Source of the DNA: Amphiscolops sp. MND2022
Taxonomy: Eukaryota
Length of the DNA: 64,000 bases
Assembly: GCA_964187785.1 (NCBI GenBank)
Contig: OZ076409.1
Span: 76,572,001-76,636,000, forward strand
Direction: 5' to 3'
The notes beneath the pieces were generated by a model. It was not told where the DNA came from. It saw only the letters and a list, made by a program, of their open reading frames with translations, and ran no database searches. Below are positions 1 to 11,264 of this stretch, piece after piece. Numbering within the stretch: position 1 is the first letter of the stretch; every line of letters begins with the position of its first letter. The position numbers and the translations under genes are program-made.

Positions 1-668
1 GTGTTTCAATTAAATTGGTTTCAGTGGGTGCTCAGAGATCGTTTAACCCCATGGCAGGCTCAAGTTGTTGAACCATTGTGTCGTATGGTTGTTTCCAAAA
101 GTGCTTGGTTCAACACTCTTTTAAGATTGGGTGGCATTTTCGCATAGAAAGAAGTTTCGATGTATTTGGGGCATCGTCTCCATATGCCCCTTGGGCGATT
201 TTCTGGTACTGTTCCAAGAAGTCTTGAAATGTTTAATGGGAAGGGTGCAAATGGAGTTGCTCTCGCTTGCATCTCGCTGTTGCTACAGATTGGGGGCGAA
301 TATTTCTGCGGCGAAAAGTGGCGATGAGCGAAGGCTGGCAAGGTTTGTGTTAGTGATATTCCGATATGTCTGCACGAAATCAGCTCTGAGGAGGGAGTGA
401 TAATAGTGTATTCGCTTTTCTTCGCAGTTGTTTGGGTACACTTTGAGGCCTGTCTTGAAGATGTCTTCAAAATGTTCGAATTTGTCGTTGCGTCCGTCGA
501 ACGTAGGCATTGTTGTCAACAATGCTATGGTAGTCTTGGGAGTCCTAGACTTTGCTGGGTCACGCTTTCGAGGAATTCTAGTTGACGATGTCGGGGTCTT
601 TTTGGTTGGGTGTGGCAGGCTTGATGATGTTGTTTGCATTTCGGGTTGACCTGTAACCCCTGTCACCA
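1..668 (-). pseudogene. gag: Partial gag of an older Ty3/Gypsy element related to A; continues off the left edge
   Basis: Frameshifted peptides MPTFDGRNDKFEHFED..HYYHSLLR and FYAKMPPNLKRVLNQALLE parallel element A gag (MPTFDGKTEKFELFED, MPAHLKRALNQARLE). PBS TGGTGACAGGGG at 668-657. Confidence 0.85.
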
Positions 669-953
669 TGTAATGGCTCTCGAGTCACTTCGTTTGATTC
701 AACATTTCCAGACGTTGAAGCTATATTCTGGGTGACAATGTTGTTTGTTCCCAAGCGTAAGTTCCCAGTAGTCCTTCCAAAAGGGAGTATATATTTGATG
801 AGAGATTTTCTATCATCTCAAGACTTTCCTTCTGACCATCTCTGCCTCCTTTATTTTTTTCCGACGGTCTTTCCACTCTCAGAGATTTCAGAAAAACCCA
901 TATCAGAAATACTGGGCGCTTTTTTCGTCCTATGACTCGCAGTCAAGGGCTTC
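669..953 (-). repeat. Probable 5' LTR (3' part) of the older Gypsy, interrupted by element A; may resume at 14568 to ~14752
   Basis: Reads ...TTACA on minus immediately before the PBS. Element A TSD GCTTC lies at 949-953. Distal end (TGTGAC on minus at 14752) is a guess. Confidence 0.5.
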
Positions 954-3199
954 TGTTGGAACTTTCATCTCTAGCGAGATCAACTTCTTCTAATTCGTCG
1001 GCGGAGTTTCCGCTGTTTTCGACTCTATCAGTCAAACAACCTCGTTCTGAACTCACATTAGACAAGTTATCCACTTTGGATGCTAAGCTCTCAATCAACT
1101 TTAAAATCTCGCGCTGGTTCAACTCAGTATCTCTAAGGCGCTTGGAAATTTTAATTTCGATCTTATTGGAAATATCTTCAAAATTCCTATCTGACAGTGA
1201 GGTGTTTTCATCGTTAGTCGAATTCCCTACATCTTTGTCTATTTGACTAGTCGATTGGTCACTCCTGAGTTTTCGTTTCTGAGACCCTTCCGGCATAGTT
1301 TGGAAAATGCTGGTTAACAAGATTTAATTGAATCAGGTGAGAATGGTGTTAGGTAAGATCAGGTGGTCAACTGATTGATTGATTAGTAAATCAAATACGG
1401 TTAATATCAAACTCGTGAAAAGTGCAAAATGAAATCCAAGATCAAAGTTGGACACAATTTCAAAGAGCGAATAACAAACGTTTTCAAAATTGGAAAAATA
1501 AAATCTGTGTTTTCCTAATCCCACTTTAGGTATATATACTTTTCGCTAGACACGCGCTGAAAACCCCGCGCGTGAATTCACACCTCGTTCAACTCGGCGT
1601 GTTTTCCAAGACAAGAAAATCCAAATAAGGTAGGCTTCCTCGGGACTCGGCATTCGGCTTCATCCCACTTTTAAGTGAAAGCGGGAATCACTTCCTGCCG
1701 CTTCCCAATTCCGCGTCCCGTTCTTCTTCATCTCCCGCCTTTTCAAGACGCCGAGCCGAAGTTGGCACTGAAAATTCATGAACCTAGCTACTGAAGCGGG
1801 AAAAGGAACTGATTTTACATCGAGGAATAAATGAAATTCCAACAACGAATTCTTAAAAATGTACTAAAATATTAAGTAGCAGCTCTGATTATCACTAAAT
1901 CAGACAATTTACGTAGCTAACCAATGTTTCTTGTACACATCAAACAATAAAAGTCTGGTCGAACGCCAGGTAAACAACTTGACTTTGGGTCGCCTGGCCG
2001 TGAGACTAGGTGGTTGACTCAACTTGTCAAACGAAAACGATGCATGGCGGGGGTATTACTATGGATTGGATATTAACTGCATAGGATTACAAATTAGTAC
2101 TTCCTAGAAATGAACGGTATTAACTGGGATGGTTAATGATTTCGCACCAATAGGGGAAATACTGGTCGATCTCCCGGACTGTTCGTTCAAGTGAGGAGGC
2201 ACAGACAATTGTCCGTGGAGTTGACTCAAATAGTATCACAAATTACATTGCAATTAATACTAAATAATGTAAATAAATTCCAACTGCAACTGATGGATAA
2301 ATGCTGATTACAAATTAAACACTCCTCCTGGTTGCTCGAGATAATTTTAAATTTCCGTAGTAATCGCCCCGGTCAACGACTGGGCGTGCGGAGTTGAAAA
2401 TAATGTTTGGGGGGTTTTTAATAGCACAATTGGGTTGATTTTCACCGTACTACCTTTGGTTGGTATAATTAAACAGGCTAATGTTATGTAAATTCACAGC
2501 GCGTTTTATCCCGTTTGGATATACTGAATTCTGTGCCCTGGCGTTTGACTCAAATGAAAATGTTTCAGTCTTCCGCCTGGGGAGTAGACTCAATTCATCA
2601 CTATAAACTCCGTTTGTTAGCGTCAATTTCAAATTATCAAATAGTTGCTTCGCCTTTCACATGTATCTCTAGTCATAACTCAACCTCTTTTAAGTAAGGA
2701 TAGTGTTGAAAATAGCACAGGGTATTATTTACTTCACACTATTTTATTAGCTGTTCGGTTGAGCGACTGGGCGGTCGTCCCAGCTCTCGGTCGACTGAAC
2801 GGTTGACCAAGATGATTACTCAGTTAGTGCTGTTTGAGCTCAATGCTGATTGGCTGTTGCTCGGCAAATAATAAAATTCACTGCAGTTGCTGGGACGGTG
2901 TCCTAGTCGACGCGGTAGCTGAATTGAATTCAATCAACGCGCTGGCTGTTTTGCCGTAAACAAATCGCTGCCCATGTAGCACTTGCTAATATTCAAGTAT
3001 TTACATATTTATGTGTTTTAGGTACTGCACAATGGTATTATTGACAGTTGTATGTTTACATAGTTATCTCTTAATATTAAATGTTGTTTATTTTAGGTTC
3101 ATGATGATGTCTCTTTCTCTTCTTTATTGATTTCTTCATTTCCTCCTTTTGGCGTTCCTCTTGTATCTAGATTCTCGCAGCTCTGCTGGGGATGCGACA
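954..3199 (-). repeat. Element A 3' LTR (2246 bp)
   Basis: Near-identical to 12325-14562; preceded on minus by the PPT. Confidence 0.95.
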
Positions 3200-3709
3200 G
3201 TCCCCGGTTTTCTTGAGGGACGTCCACGATAGGAGAAAGTGGAGAAATTGGCGGGTTAAAACAGATTGTACTAATGAATTGTATGACATCCACGATGAAT
3301 CTGTCGACCAGTCGCTGCCCAAAAAATAACCTATCGACCTGTGGTCGTTGGATACTGGGCTAATTGTGCCAACGTTGGGGCTGTAGAGCCGGTTCACTAT
3401 ATCTTCATACTCCCTGGGTGGGCTCATGAATATGTCATCCGGTATTACCGGGTTGTGTAGGGTGAATCGGCGAATAGCTGGATTGTCTTCTTGCGCGGTA
3501 TGTAACAATGAGGCGTTTGCCGTATCATGATGTAACACGATGTGTCCATCTTCCCTCTTGATGATTTCATATAGGTTTTCTATTTGGAACGATTGTTCTG
3601 CAATATTGCTTCTTGGCGTTGATTGCGCTTGGGGCATTTGTAGGTAGTTGTCCTGGTCGCGATCAATTATAAAGCAGTCTTGAGATAAGTCAAGCTGTGT
3701 TGACGGCAT
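3167..3709 (-). CDS. Accessory sense ORF (180 aa, unknown function) overlapping the PPT and U3 start
   Basis: ATG-initiated open frame inside element A; no recognised motif. Confidence 0.45.
   Translation of the reverse strand: MPSTQLDLSQDCFIIDRDQDNYLQMPQAQSTPRSNIAEQSFQIENLYEIIKREDGHIVLHHDTANASLLHTAQEDNPAIRRFTLHNPVIPDDIFMSPPREYEDIVNRLYSPNVGTISPVSNDHRSIGYFLGSDWSTDSSWMSYNSLVQSVLTRQFLHFLLSWTSLKKTGDCRIPSRAARI
3200..3214 (-). other. Polypurine tract of element A (AAGAAAACCGGGGAC)
   Basis: Purine-rich tract abutting the 3' LTR TG on minus. Confidence 0.75.
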
Positions 3710-3986
3710 TCTTTTAATCTCAATGAAATAAGGGATGGTAACGATTGCGTGTAATTAGGCGACTGCTTGAGGAATAGTTAAGCGTTGAAGTGAGAATTGC
3801 TAATCCTTTAATCTTGTTCACGCCGCTTGCGTGATTGGGAAAGTGTTCAGCTGGCAGACTTACTGACTTTCATTACGTCATAATAGTAATACTTCATATT
3901 AATATTTTCGTTGGTTTTACGCCACGTCTTCGATTTTTATTTCTTCGGAAGGTACTGTTTCAGATTGTTTTGTCAAGTTATTGCAG

Positions 3987-5516
3987 ATTCGACTGATGAG
4001 GATGCTGTCCGTTTTGCTCAGTCGCAGCAGATTGGAATTTTGGAGACTGAAGGTGAGTCTCTGGGAGGGAAACGAGTCGATACCGGAGATGCGAGTGTGG
4101 AAACTGGGGCGAGTCAAATTGTTGATGTCCCTGGGGCAACGGAACAGAGTTAGAACTGTTAGTAGAGCAGTTGGTGAGATATGTGCTGTTGTTGAGTCGC
4201 CTCCTGACGATCGGTTGGTCGTTGTGGAAGAGAGAAGAGAAGTTCAGTTGGAGGGTGAATTGGGAGATGTGGTCCCTGTTGGTTCAAATGTCACGTCAGA
4301 GGCTGAGGCCCATGTGTCCCGTAAAGTTGCCGGTTTCGGTGAGATTGATACAGACGACAGTTCTGGTGACGAGAGTGATCAGAATTCCGGTGATGCTCCT
4401 TCTAAAGACAATTCTGCTCGTGGTGACGACGATGCTGGGTCTGTCCATTCTTCTGGCAGTAATGTTCGCCATGAACTGGAAAATCTCTGTTTCCTTAGGG
4501 CTCTCAGAGGATCCGAGTGATGAGGATTTAACCCCTTCTTCTGCTGCTGGCAATGTCGGTTCACGTCGCAGTAAACGTCTGCTCTCAACTATTCCGAGTG
4601 GCTCAACAAAGCGGGTGCGCACTGATGTGTTGAGCCCCGGTCATGATGACAGCCTTGGACTGGGTTTCTCTGGCGTCCTTGGTGGAGACGATGAAGGTAG
4701 GTAGTTCGTATCTTGGTTTCATTGTTGTGGTCCAGAACTTGGTAGTTACTGCGTGTTGTTTTCAGCGCAGACTCCTTTAACTCAGGAGGGAGACGTGTTC
4801 ACTGGTATGGGTGATTTGCCCGGCGGGTCGTCTGATGTTTCCCCAATTCAACTGGCTGGTATGGCTCCCAGTAGTTCACAGTCGCGGCATGAGCGCACGC
4901 AACATAGTCGTCCTGCTGAAGGATTGGAGAATTCTGTTCTTCATAATGAATGGGCTAAAGGTAAAGTTGTGCCTTATTGAATTGCATTGTTGTCGTCGTT
5001 TGCCCAGGAGCTTCATGTGCAGTAGGGTTTTCTGTGGCTAGTTACTTTCACTGTTCTATGCTGTTTAGCTGGCCTGAAGGAAGTGCCTACCGGGGCAGTG
5101 TGTCTGTCATCAAGTCAGATTCTGGCTTATGGTCAAGCGGCTGTGCGTCTGGAACGATCTCAGTCACGATTGGAAGCAAGATCTCTGTCACGTCGTAAGT
5201 GAAGTTTTCTTTTCGTTTGTGGTCGGTTGGATTATGTGTTTTCTCTGTCACTCCTCCTACTAGTAAATTGCCTGCTGCCAGAGACGTCGAATCTGGGTCT
5301 GGTGTTGTGTCTTCTGCCCACCAGGGGGCTTCTGCTGCTGCCCCAGTTTCGAGTGGTGCCGGTCATCCTGCGAAGGCTGTTGCGTCTGTTAGCGGATCCA
5401 GTGATGTGGCTCAAAGGTTGAAGGAGAAAAAAGGGAATCAGCAAGGCGCATCTCGTTCGCGTAGTTCAAGCAAGGCGAGTTCTGGAAGGTCGGGCAAAGG
5501 CGAGTCCCGTGAGTAA
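3987..5516 (+). CDS. Putative spliced antisense accessory gene of element A (acidic, Ser/Gly-rich, basic C-terminus); 5' end unresolved
   Basis: Three GT-AG introns (4697-4765, 4961-5007, 5195-5263) each remove a stop and join consecutive ORF pieces in frame. Confidence 0.65.
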
Positions 5517-5553
5517 TGGTCTAGTGTCCGATGATGAACTTCATTTGCTGTAG

Positions 5554-5835
5554 TTACTTGCAAACTTTAGTATAGTCTTTGTCGTTGTTGTGTATGAATT
5601 GTAAACTTTGTATTTGATTTCTATTATACGACTTGATGTATTGTGATTTGTATTCTTGATCCCACTGGGTTTGTTGATATTGATGGTAAATTTCAGCCGG
5701 GTAAAATTGCAGTTGAATTCCCGAAAAAAGGTAGCAGCTCCTTTGGGGGTGTTGGCTGTTCTGTGTATTAAAAAACGAGCAAAAACAAACTGGGGCGTCA
5801 TCAATATACTCTTTGCTCCTTTGTATCGTTTTCAT
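5554..5835 (-). CDS. Small sense ORF downstream of pol (93 aa, unknown)
   Basis: ATG-initiated ORF just after the integrase end, converging on the antisense gene stop. Confidence 0.3.
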   Translation of the reverse strand: MKTIQRSKEYIDDAPVCFCSFFNTQNSQHPQRSCYLFSGIQLQFYPAEIYHQYQQTQWDQEYKSQYIKSYNRNQIQSLQFIHNNDKDYTKVCK

Positions 5836-5889
5836 TTTGAGTTTGTAGTTGAGTTAGTAAGGAAGTTAGTCTTAGGCAGTTCATCGAGT

Positions 5890-8800
5890 AAGTAGTAGGT
5901 GTACCGTTTCGCGAATTTGTGTTAAGAGTTTATTCACCTGTATCAGCGGCCACAGAGTCGTAGTAAGCAATTTGAAGGAGGGTTGCTACGAAGGTTGTAC
6001 TTTCCTTTCCGGAGGGAGCTAGGTTCTGGGTTAGGGTCGGGCATCGGGTTAGATTTCCTGTTGATCAAGCTGGTTTTCTGAAAGAGCGTCTGCGTCGACA
6101 TCCTGGGCATACATTTTGCGGGTTGTCTTCGCTGTCTGTCGATATGATTGCAAGTTCGTTACTCGCATTGTGTTCAGGTGTCATTACAAAGTGTTCAAAC
6201 CCGGACTGCCATGCTAGTGCGTATAGGTCGTCGTGTAGGATTTCGACCTCATTGTCTGGTTGGAAATCTTTAGTTTGGACCTGAATGTCCGGCAGACGGT
6301 CTTTGGTAGGGCATGGTTTCAGGCGTATCCTGTGTAGGATTTGTGTTTTGTTTGTTGGTAATTTGCAAATAAGGTAGTTATTGTTGGGAAGAGTTTTGAC
6401 TATTATGAATGGTCCTGTCCATACGAACTCTTGAAAAGGTAATTTTGATCCCTGGTTGTTTGCCTGGGGGTGTAGGGCATAGCAGTAATCGTTTGGTGCT
6501 AATGGGTGAGCTGCTGCTTACTTGTCATAGTACTGTTTGTACCGTATGTATGAGCGGAGGAGGTGTTTGCTCACTGATTCGTGTATCATTCGGGTCTTTT
6601 GGACGACTTCTTCGCCTATGTCTGTTGTTGGATTTGGTTGTTGGTTCTGTTTAAGGCCAAATTTGAGGTCGAGAACATTGTATGGTATTCTACCATGAAA
6701 CACCCGACTGGGTTCACATCCAATTGCCGAATGATACGTTGTGTTATAGTTAGGCGTGGCTGTTGGTACGAACTGGTGCCACATTGTTCGCCTTTCTCTC
6801 GTTGAGATTTTCAGAGCTTCTTTAAGGGATGCGTGGCAACGTTCCAGGATGCCTACCGTTTGGGCGTGCTTTGTTGTAGCGTGACGTAGTTGATTGCCCA
6901 GTACGCGTCTTGTGTCTGCTACTACTTCTGACATGAATTGTGTTCCTTTGTCGGTTATTATTGTTGTAGGTAGGTAGGCGTGTCGTGTCATAATGTCTAC
7001 CAGTACTCTTGCGATTGTCTTTGCGTCTATCTTGGTGACGCAGTATGTGAACAGGTAGCGTGAGAGTATGTCCATGGCTGTGACTATCGGTGTGAATCCG
7101 TTCGATGGTTCATCGAACGGGACGATGTCCATTTGTAGGGCGTCTTCTGGTCCCAATGCCAGTTTGGAGGTGTCAATCATTGGTGGGGTGAGGAGACGGT
7201 TGTCCGTCCGCTTTGTTTCCATGCATTTCATGCATTGATTGATGTGTTTGGCTATTTTTGCTGCAAGACCTGGGTATAGTATTTTTCTCTGCACTGCTGT
7301 ATCACTTTGGTTATCCCAGGATGTTTGTCGTGCGATCCGTGGTGGGCTTCTATAAAAGAGTCGACTAATTGTTCTGGTAGTAAGACCTGCAGGTATTTGA
7401 CTGCTCCGGTCTCTCCGAAATACTGCCGGTATAGCAGTCCGTCTTTGAGTATGATCCGGTATTCTTGGGCGGTGTATTGGAGTGCCCTGTGGTTTGTAGC
7501 CATTAGGTGTTCATCATATGGTTCTTCGAGTAGGCGTAGTTTATAATTTCGGAGGACGTTGTCTTGGTCCTGTTGATGTCTCATGTCACGCGGGAGGGGT
7601 CTTTCGTTCTCCTTGGTGTTTTGTGTACGTCTGGTTATTTCCGTTTGAAATACGACAGTAGTTTCTTCAGGGTGGGTTGTGTTGTTGTTTATTTCTTCTC
7701 CTGGCGTTTGTGGAGTGTCGTTCTCCAGTATCTTTTTGCAGGCTCTTTGTTTCCTCTCCCAAATTTGCTCCTCTGTTTCGATGTCGTCTTTGGGGAGGAA
7801 GTAGAATTGTTCTTCTTCGACTAAGTTGGAAGACTGAATTTGCACTTCTATTGGTGTAGTTTGAATGTCGTCCCTTATTAGTAGTTGGTTTTTCTCTTTT
7901 GGATCTAGGTCAAGTCGTGAGAAGAAGTCTGCGGTAGTGCTCATCCTTCCTAGAACATGGGCGATTGTAAAACTAAACTGTAGGACGAAATCGCAGGCGT
8001 TCCACAAAGCTGGCGGTATTTTTTTGCTTTGGCAAAAAACGTGTAACAGATTTGTTGTCTGTTAGGACAATGACTGGTTTGGTCGATCCCCAACACAATA
8101 TGTGGCTGTATTCCAAGAAGGCAAAATATATAGCCAGGAATTCTTTGGCATATATCGACATTTTGATTTGTGACGGCGAGAAGATTTTTGACCGAGGTTA
8201 GTTTTTCATCAGCGTTTTCTTCGATCATGAGGGCGTAGCCGGCATTCTTGAAGTTTGCGTCGGTCATGAGGACATTTTGCTTGTTGGGTAAAGGTTGTTT
8301 CAGCCATAGTCCACAAGCTTTGTTCAGGGCCTTGTTAATGTTTTCGAATGTCTGCATGATCTCGTTTGTGATCTTGATTGGCTTATCTGCCTTGACTAAC
8401 TCGTGGAGGGGTGCGATTTTTTCGGAGAGGCGAAGTATGTAGTTCTGGTAATAGTTAACGAAACCAATGTACCTTTGTAGGCCCTTTTTGGTTTTTGGGA
8501 ACGACAGTTTTTGCAGGTAGTTTTTGATCTTGTGAGGCTGTGGGGCAATGCCTTCGGGTGAGACTGTTCATCCAAGGAATTCGACTTCCTTGGCACAGAA
8601 CTGGCATTTAGCCATTGTCAGACGCAGACCTGCTTCCCTAATGCACTGGAAGACCTCACGCAGGTTGTTCTTCAGCTCCTCGGCAGTATGGGTAGCTATC
8701 CCGATGTCGTCAACGTACTGGGCACACTTGTCAGCTTTTATGACACGATCGAGGTATTCCCGCATAAAGCTCGAGAAGGAAGAGAGGGATCTGCTGAGCC

Positions 8801-11264
8801 CTTGTGTGAGTCGCAGGTAGGCGAATTTCCGACTGGCGATGTTGAACGCCAGGAGTTCCACTGATTTCTGGTCCGCCATTTGCAGGACGTGGTAGGCTTG
8901 AGAGCAGTCAAGCTTGCAGAACATTTTCTTTCCGGCTAAGTGCTGCGCAGCGTCGGAGAGGGTGCTTACTGGATGGTTGTTGTTTATATAGTCGTCGGAG
9001 ATAAGATTGTTGATCTTTCTCAGGTCAACGAGGAGGCGAAGACGTCCGTTAGGTTTTCTTTGGGCAAAAATTGGGCTTGCGTACTTGCTGAAGGGGAGTG
9101 TTGTAATGATGCCGTAAAAGTGCATCAGTCCTAGCTCAACTGTCAAATCCTCCTTCAAATTAACTGGGCATGGTAAACTTTGTGTGTACGCAGGTTGTTC
9201 TGATTTGGGGGTGAGTTCTATTTTGAATTCATTGTTGATTCCAATGTCGAGGCGGTGCATTGCAAAGATGTCGTTGTATTCGCCGAGGATCTCTTCTATG
9301 TCTTTCTTATCTTCGTCGCTGAGTTGAGAATCAGTCCATTTGAAGTTGGCTAAGAAGGCGGCTCTATCTTCGGGGCTGTTGTGTGGGTTGAGTTTCTGGA
9401 TGTTTTCCAGTTCTTCTATCTCTCTGAGGATTCTGCTTTGAATAGGAGTGTGTGTCGATAGGTCTGCCGGATTATCTGGCGTGGGGAACCAGAAGTTTTG
9501 AGTTGTTTGGGGTTTTTCAGACGATTTCAGAAGTTCATTGACGTATTCGAGAGCCTGTTCTGTATTGTCTTCTGCTAAGACCTTGAGGGCTGCCGAATTG
9601 AGTGGATGGAGGTTTTTAGCTTCCTGGGGTGACAGTATGGTGAATTTTGCTACGTTCGTGTTCTTTTTGAGGGTGAAAGGGCTCGGTGAAGTGTTGGTAA
9701 CCCGTATTTCGATTTTGGAGTTTGCGACTGTTGATAGGAAGCTCGCTACTACTAATTGGTGGTCTCCTGAGTATTGTTCGGTGGGATGGATGATTCCTGT
9801 GGTGTTTGTTATTGTACGTAGGTTAATTCCGTCTTCGATTGTTATGCATTGGTCAGGCATGATGGTAAGTTGGTTTTTGATGGTTACCTTGTGATGTCTT
9901 GAAACTGTTTCGTTGTCATCTGCAGCGATTGCGTAAGTCAGGTGTGGAAATTGTAAGAGGGCCGGGCTTACATCGAGGTTGGCGCTGTTGTTTTTGAGAA
10001 ATGTTAGCCCCAGTATAGGTCCCGTCATCGTTGTGGCTACAATGAACGTCTCTTTACACGTCCAGTCTCCTAGTTCGAATTGGAGTTGGACGGTTTTCGT
10101 CGGTGTCTCTATGTCGCCACTTGCGACCTGTAACTTGAAAGTGGGTGGGTCCATTTCTTCGAGTATGTTGTCTGGGCTGACTGATTTGATCTTCTGGTAT
10201 TCATTTTCTGGTAGGCAGTTGACGAGTGCTCCCGAATCAACTAGTGCGTCTACTGATAGATTGGTAAAATCCATTGGGGCGAAAAGCATCTTGCGCTTCT
10301 TTTTTAGGTTGATGGCTGAGAAAATTGGTATGCATTTCTCGCTCGTATCTGGATATGTGATAACGATTTCGTTCAGTTGTTTATTGGTGTGGATCCAATC
10401 TTCGTCTTGTTCTGGGTTGTATAGCTCTCTGGTTGGGGTTTGAGTGCCGATAGGTGAGCTGTCTATCGCTGGATTAGTTATTGCCTTTTGGTTGAATTCG
10501 CAGGTGAGTGTTCGTTTGACACGGTGGGTTCGGGGTTTTGTTGTTGGCATGGCTGCCTTTGTGGGATCCTCGGCTTCTTTGTTGTTGACTAGGGATTCGT
10601 GGGTGGAGTCTTTATATTCAGGACTCTGTGGACTAGAGTGGGACGACGTCATAGCTGCCCGTATTTTGTTGGAGGTGGCTGGGAGTTTCTTGGGTGACTC
10701 ATAGTCAACCGGTGGTGATTGGTTATTGTGTTTGAGTATCGACTTAAGGGAAGTCGTTGGTGGCGTTACGATCACTGTGATTTCTGTGTCGTGTTCTTCT
10801 ACAGCCTGTGGTTCGGGAGTATGACTTGGTTCGTCGTTCCTTTTTGTGGTTGTTGAAATGTCCATGTTGGTTCTAGCTATGAATTCGTGAAATGGTACGT
10901 TGATGGATTGTCTGAAAACAAGGTTTTCGGTGTCGTATAGAGTTTCGTTGTAGTACGGTTCACATTGAAAGTCTGGGTCAAAAATGTAAGTTTCGGGTGT
11001 GGAGCTGGGGAGTAGTGGTCTACGGGTGGAGTTGTAGTGTGTAGGGTTTTGAGTGTACCAGTCGGGTTGGGGGAGTTTGTCAAGGGTGTTCTTGTTGAAT
11101 TTAATGAGACGTCGGATGAGCCATCGTCGCTGCCAGTCGATCGATGGTTCTCTAGAGCATTCCATAAACAATTCTTTATCAAAGTCCTTCGGGGATTCAG
11201 AGATGGTGTAGTATCTGAAATCGTTGTAGTCCCCGAAGCGAAGACGTGGCTTTAATAGTTTTTT
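5890..11264 (-). pseudogene. pol: Element A pol (PR-RT-RNase H-IN) with several frameshifts
   Basis: VDSGA protease, YVDD RT, MTDANF/TDNKS RNase H, HH..HPG and CMKC zinc module, MDIV/ITDKGTQF/ER integrase core. Confidence 0.95.
11258..11264 (-). other. -1 ribosomal frameshift slippery heptamer A AAA AAC at the gag/pol junction
   Basis: Gag frame CCA AAA AAC TAT TAA stops two codons later; the -1 frame is the open pol frame. Confidence 0.75.

Noticed and set aside
2450..2697. 60-aa ORFs present in both LTRs of element A
   Set aside because: Their duplication just reflects LTR identity; no motif
9538..10704. Plus-strand ORFs opposite element A pol
   Set aside because: Shadow frames of coding sequence with no independent signal
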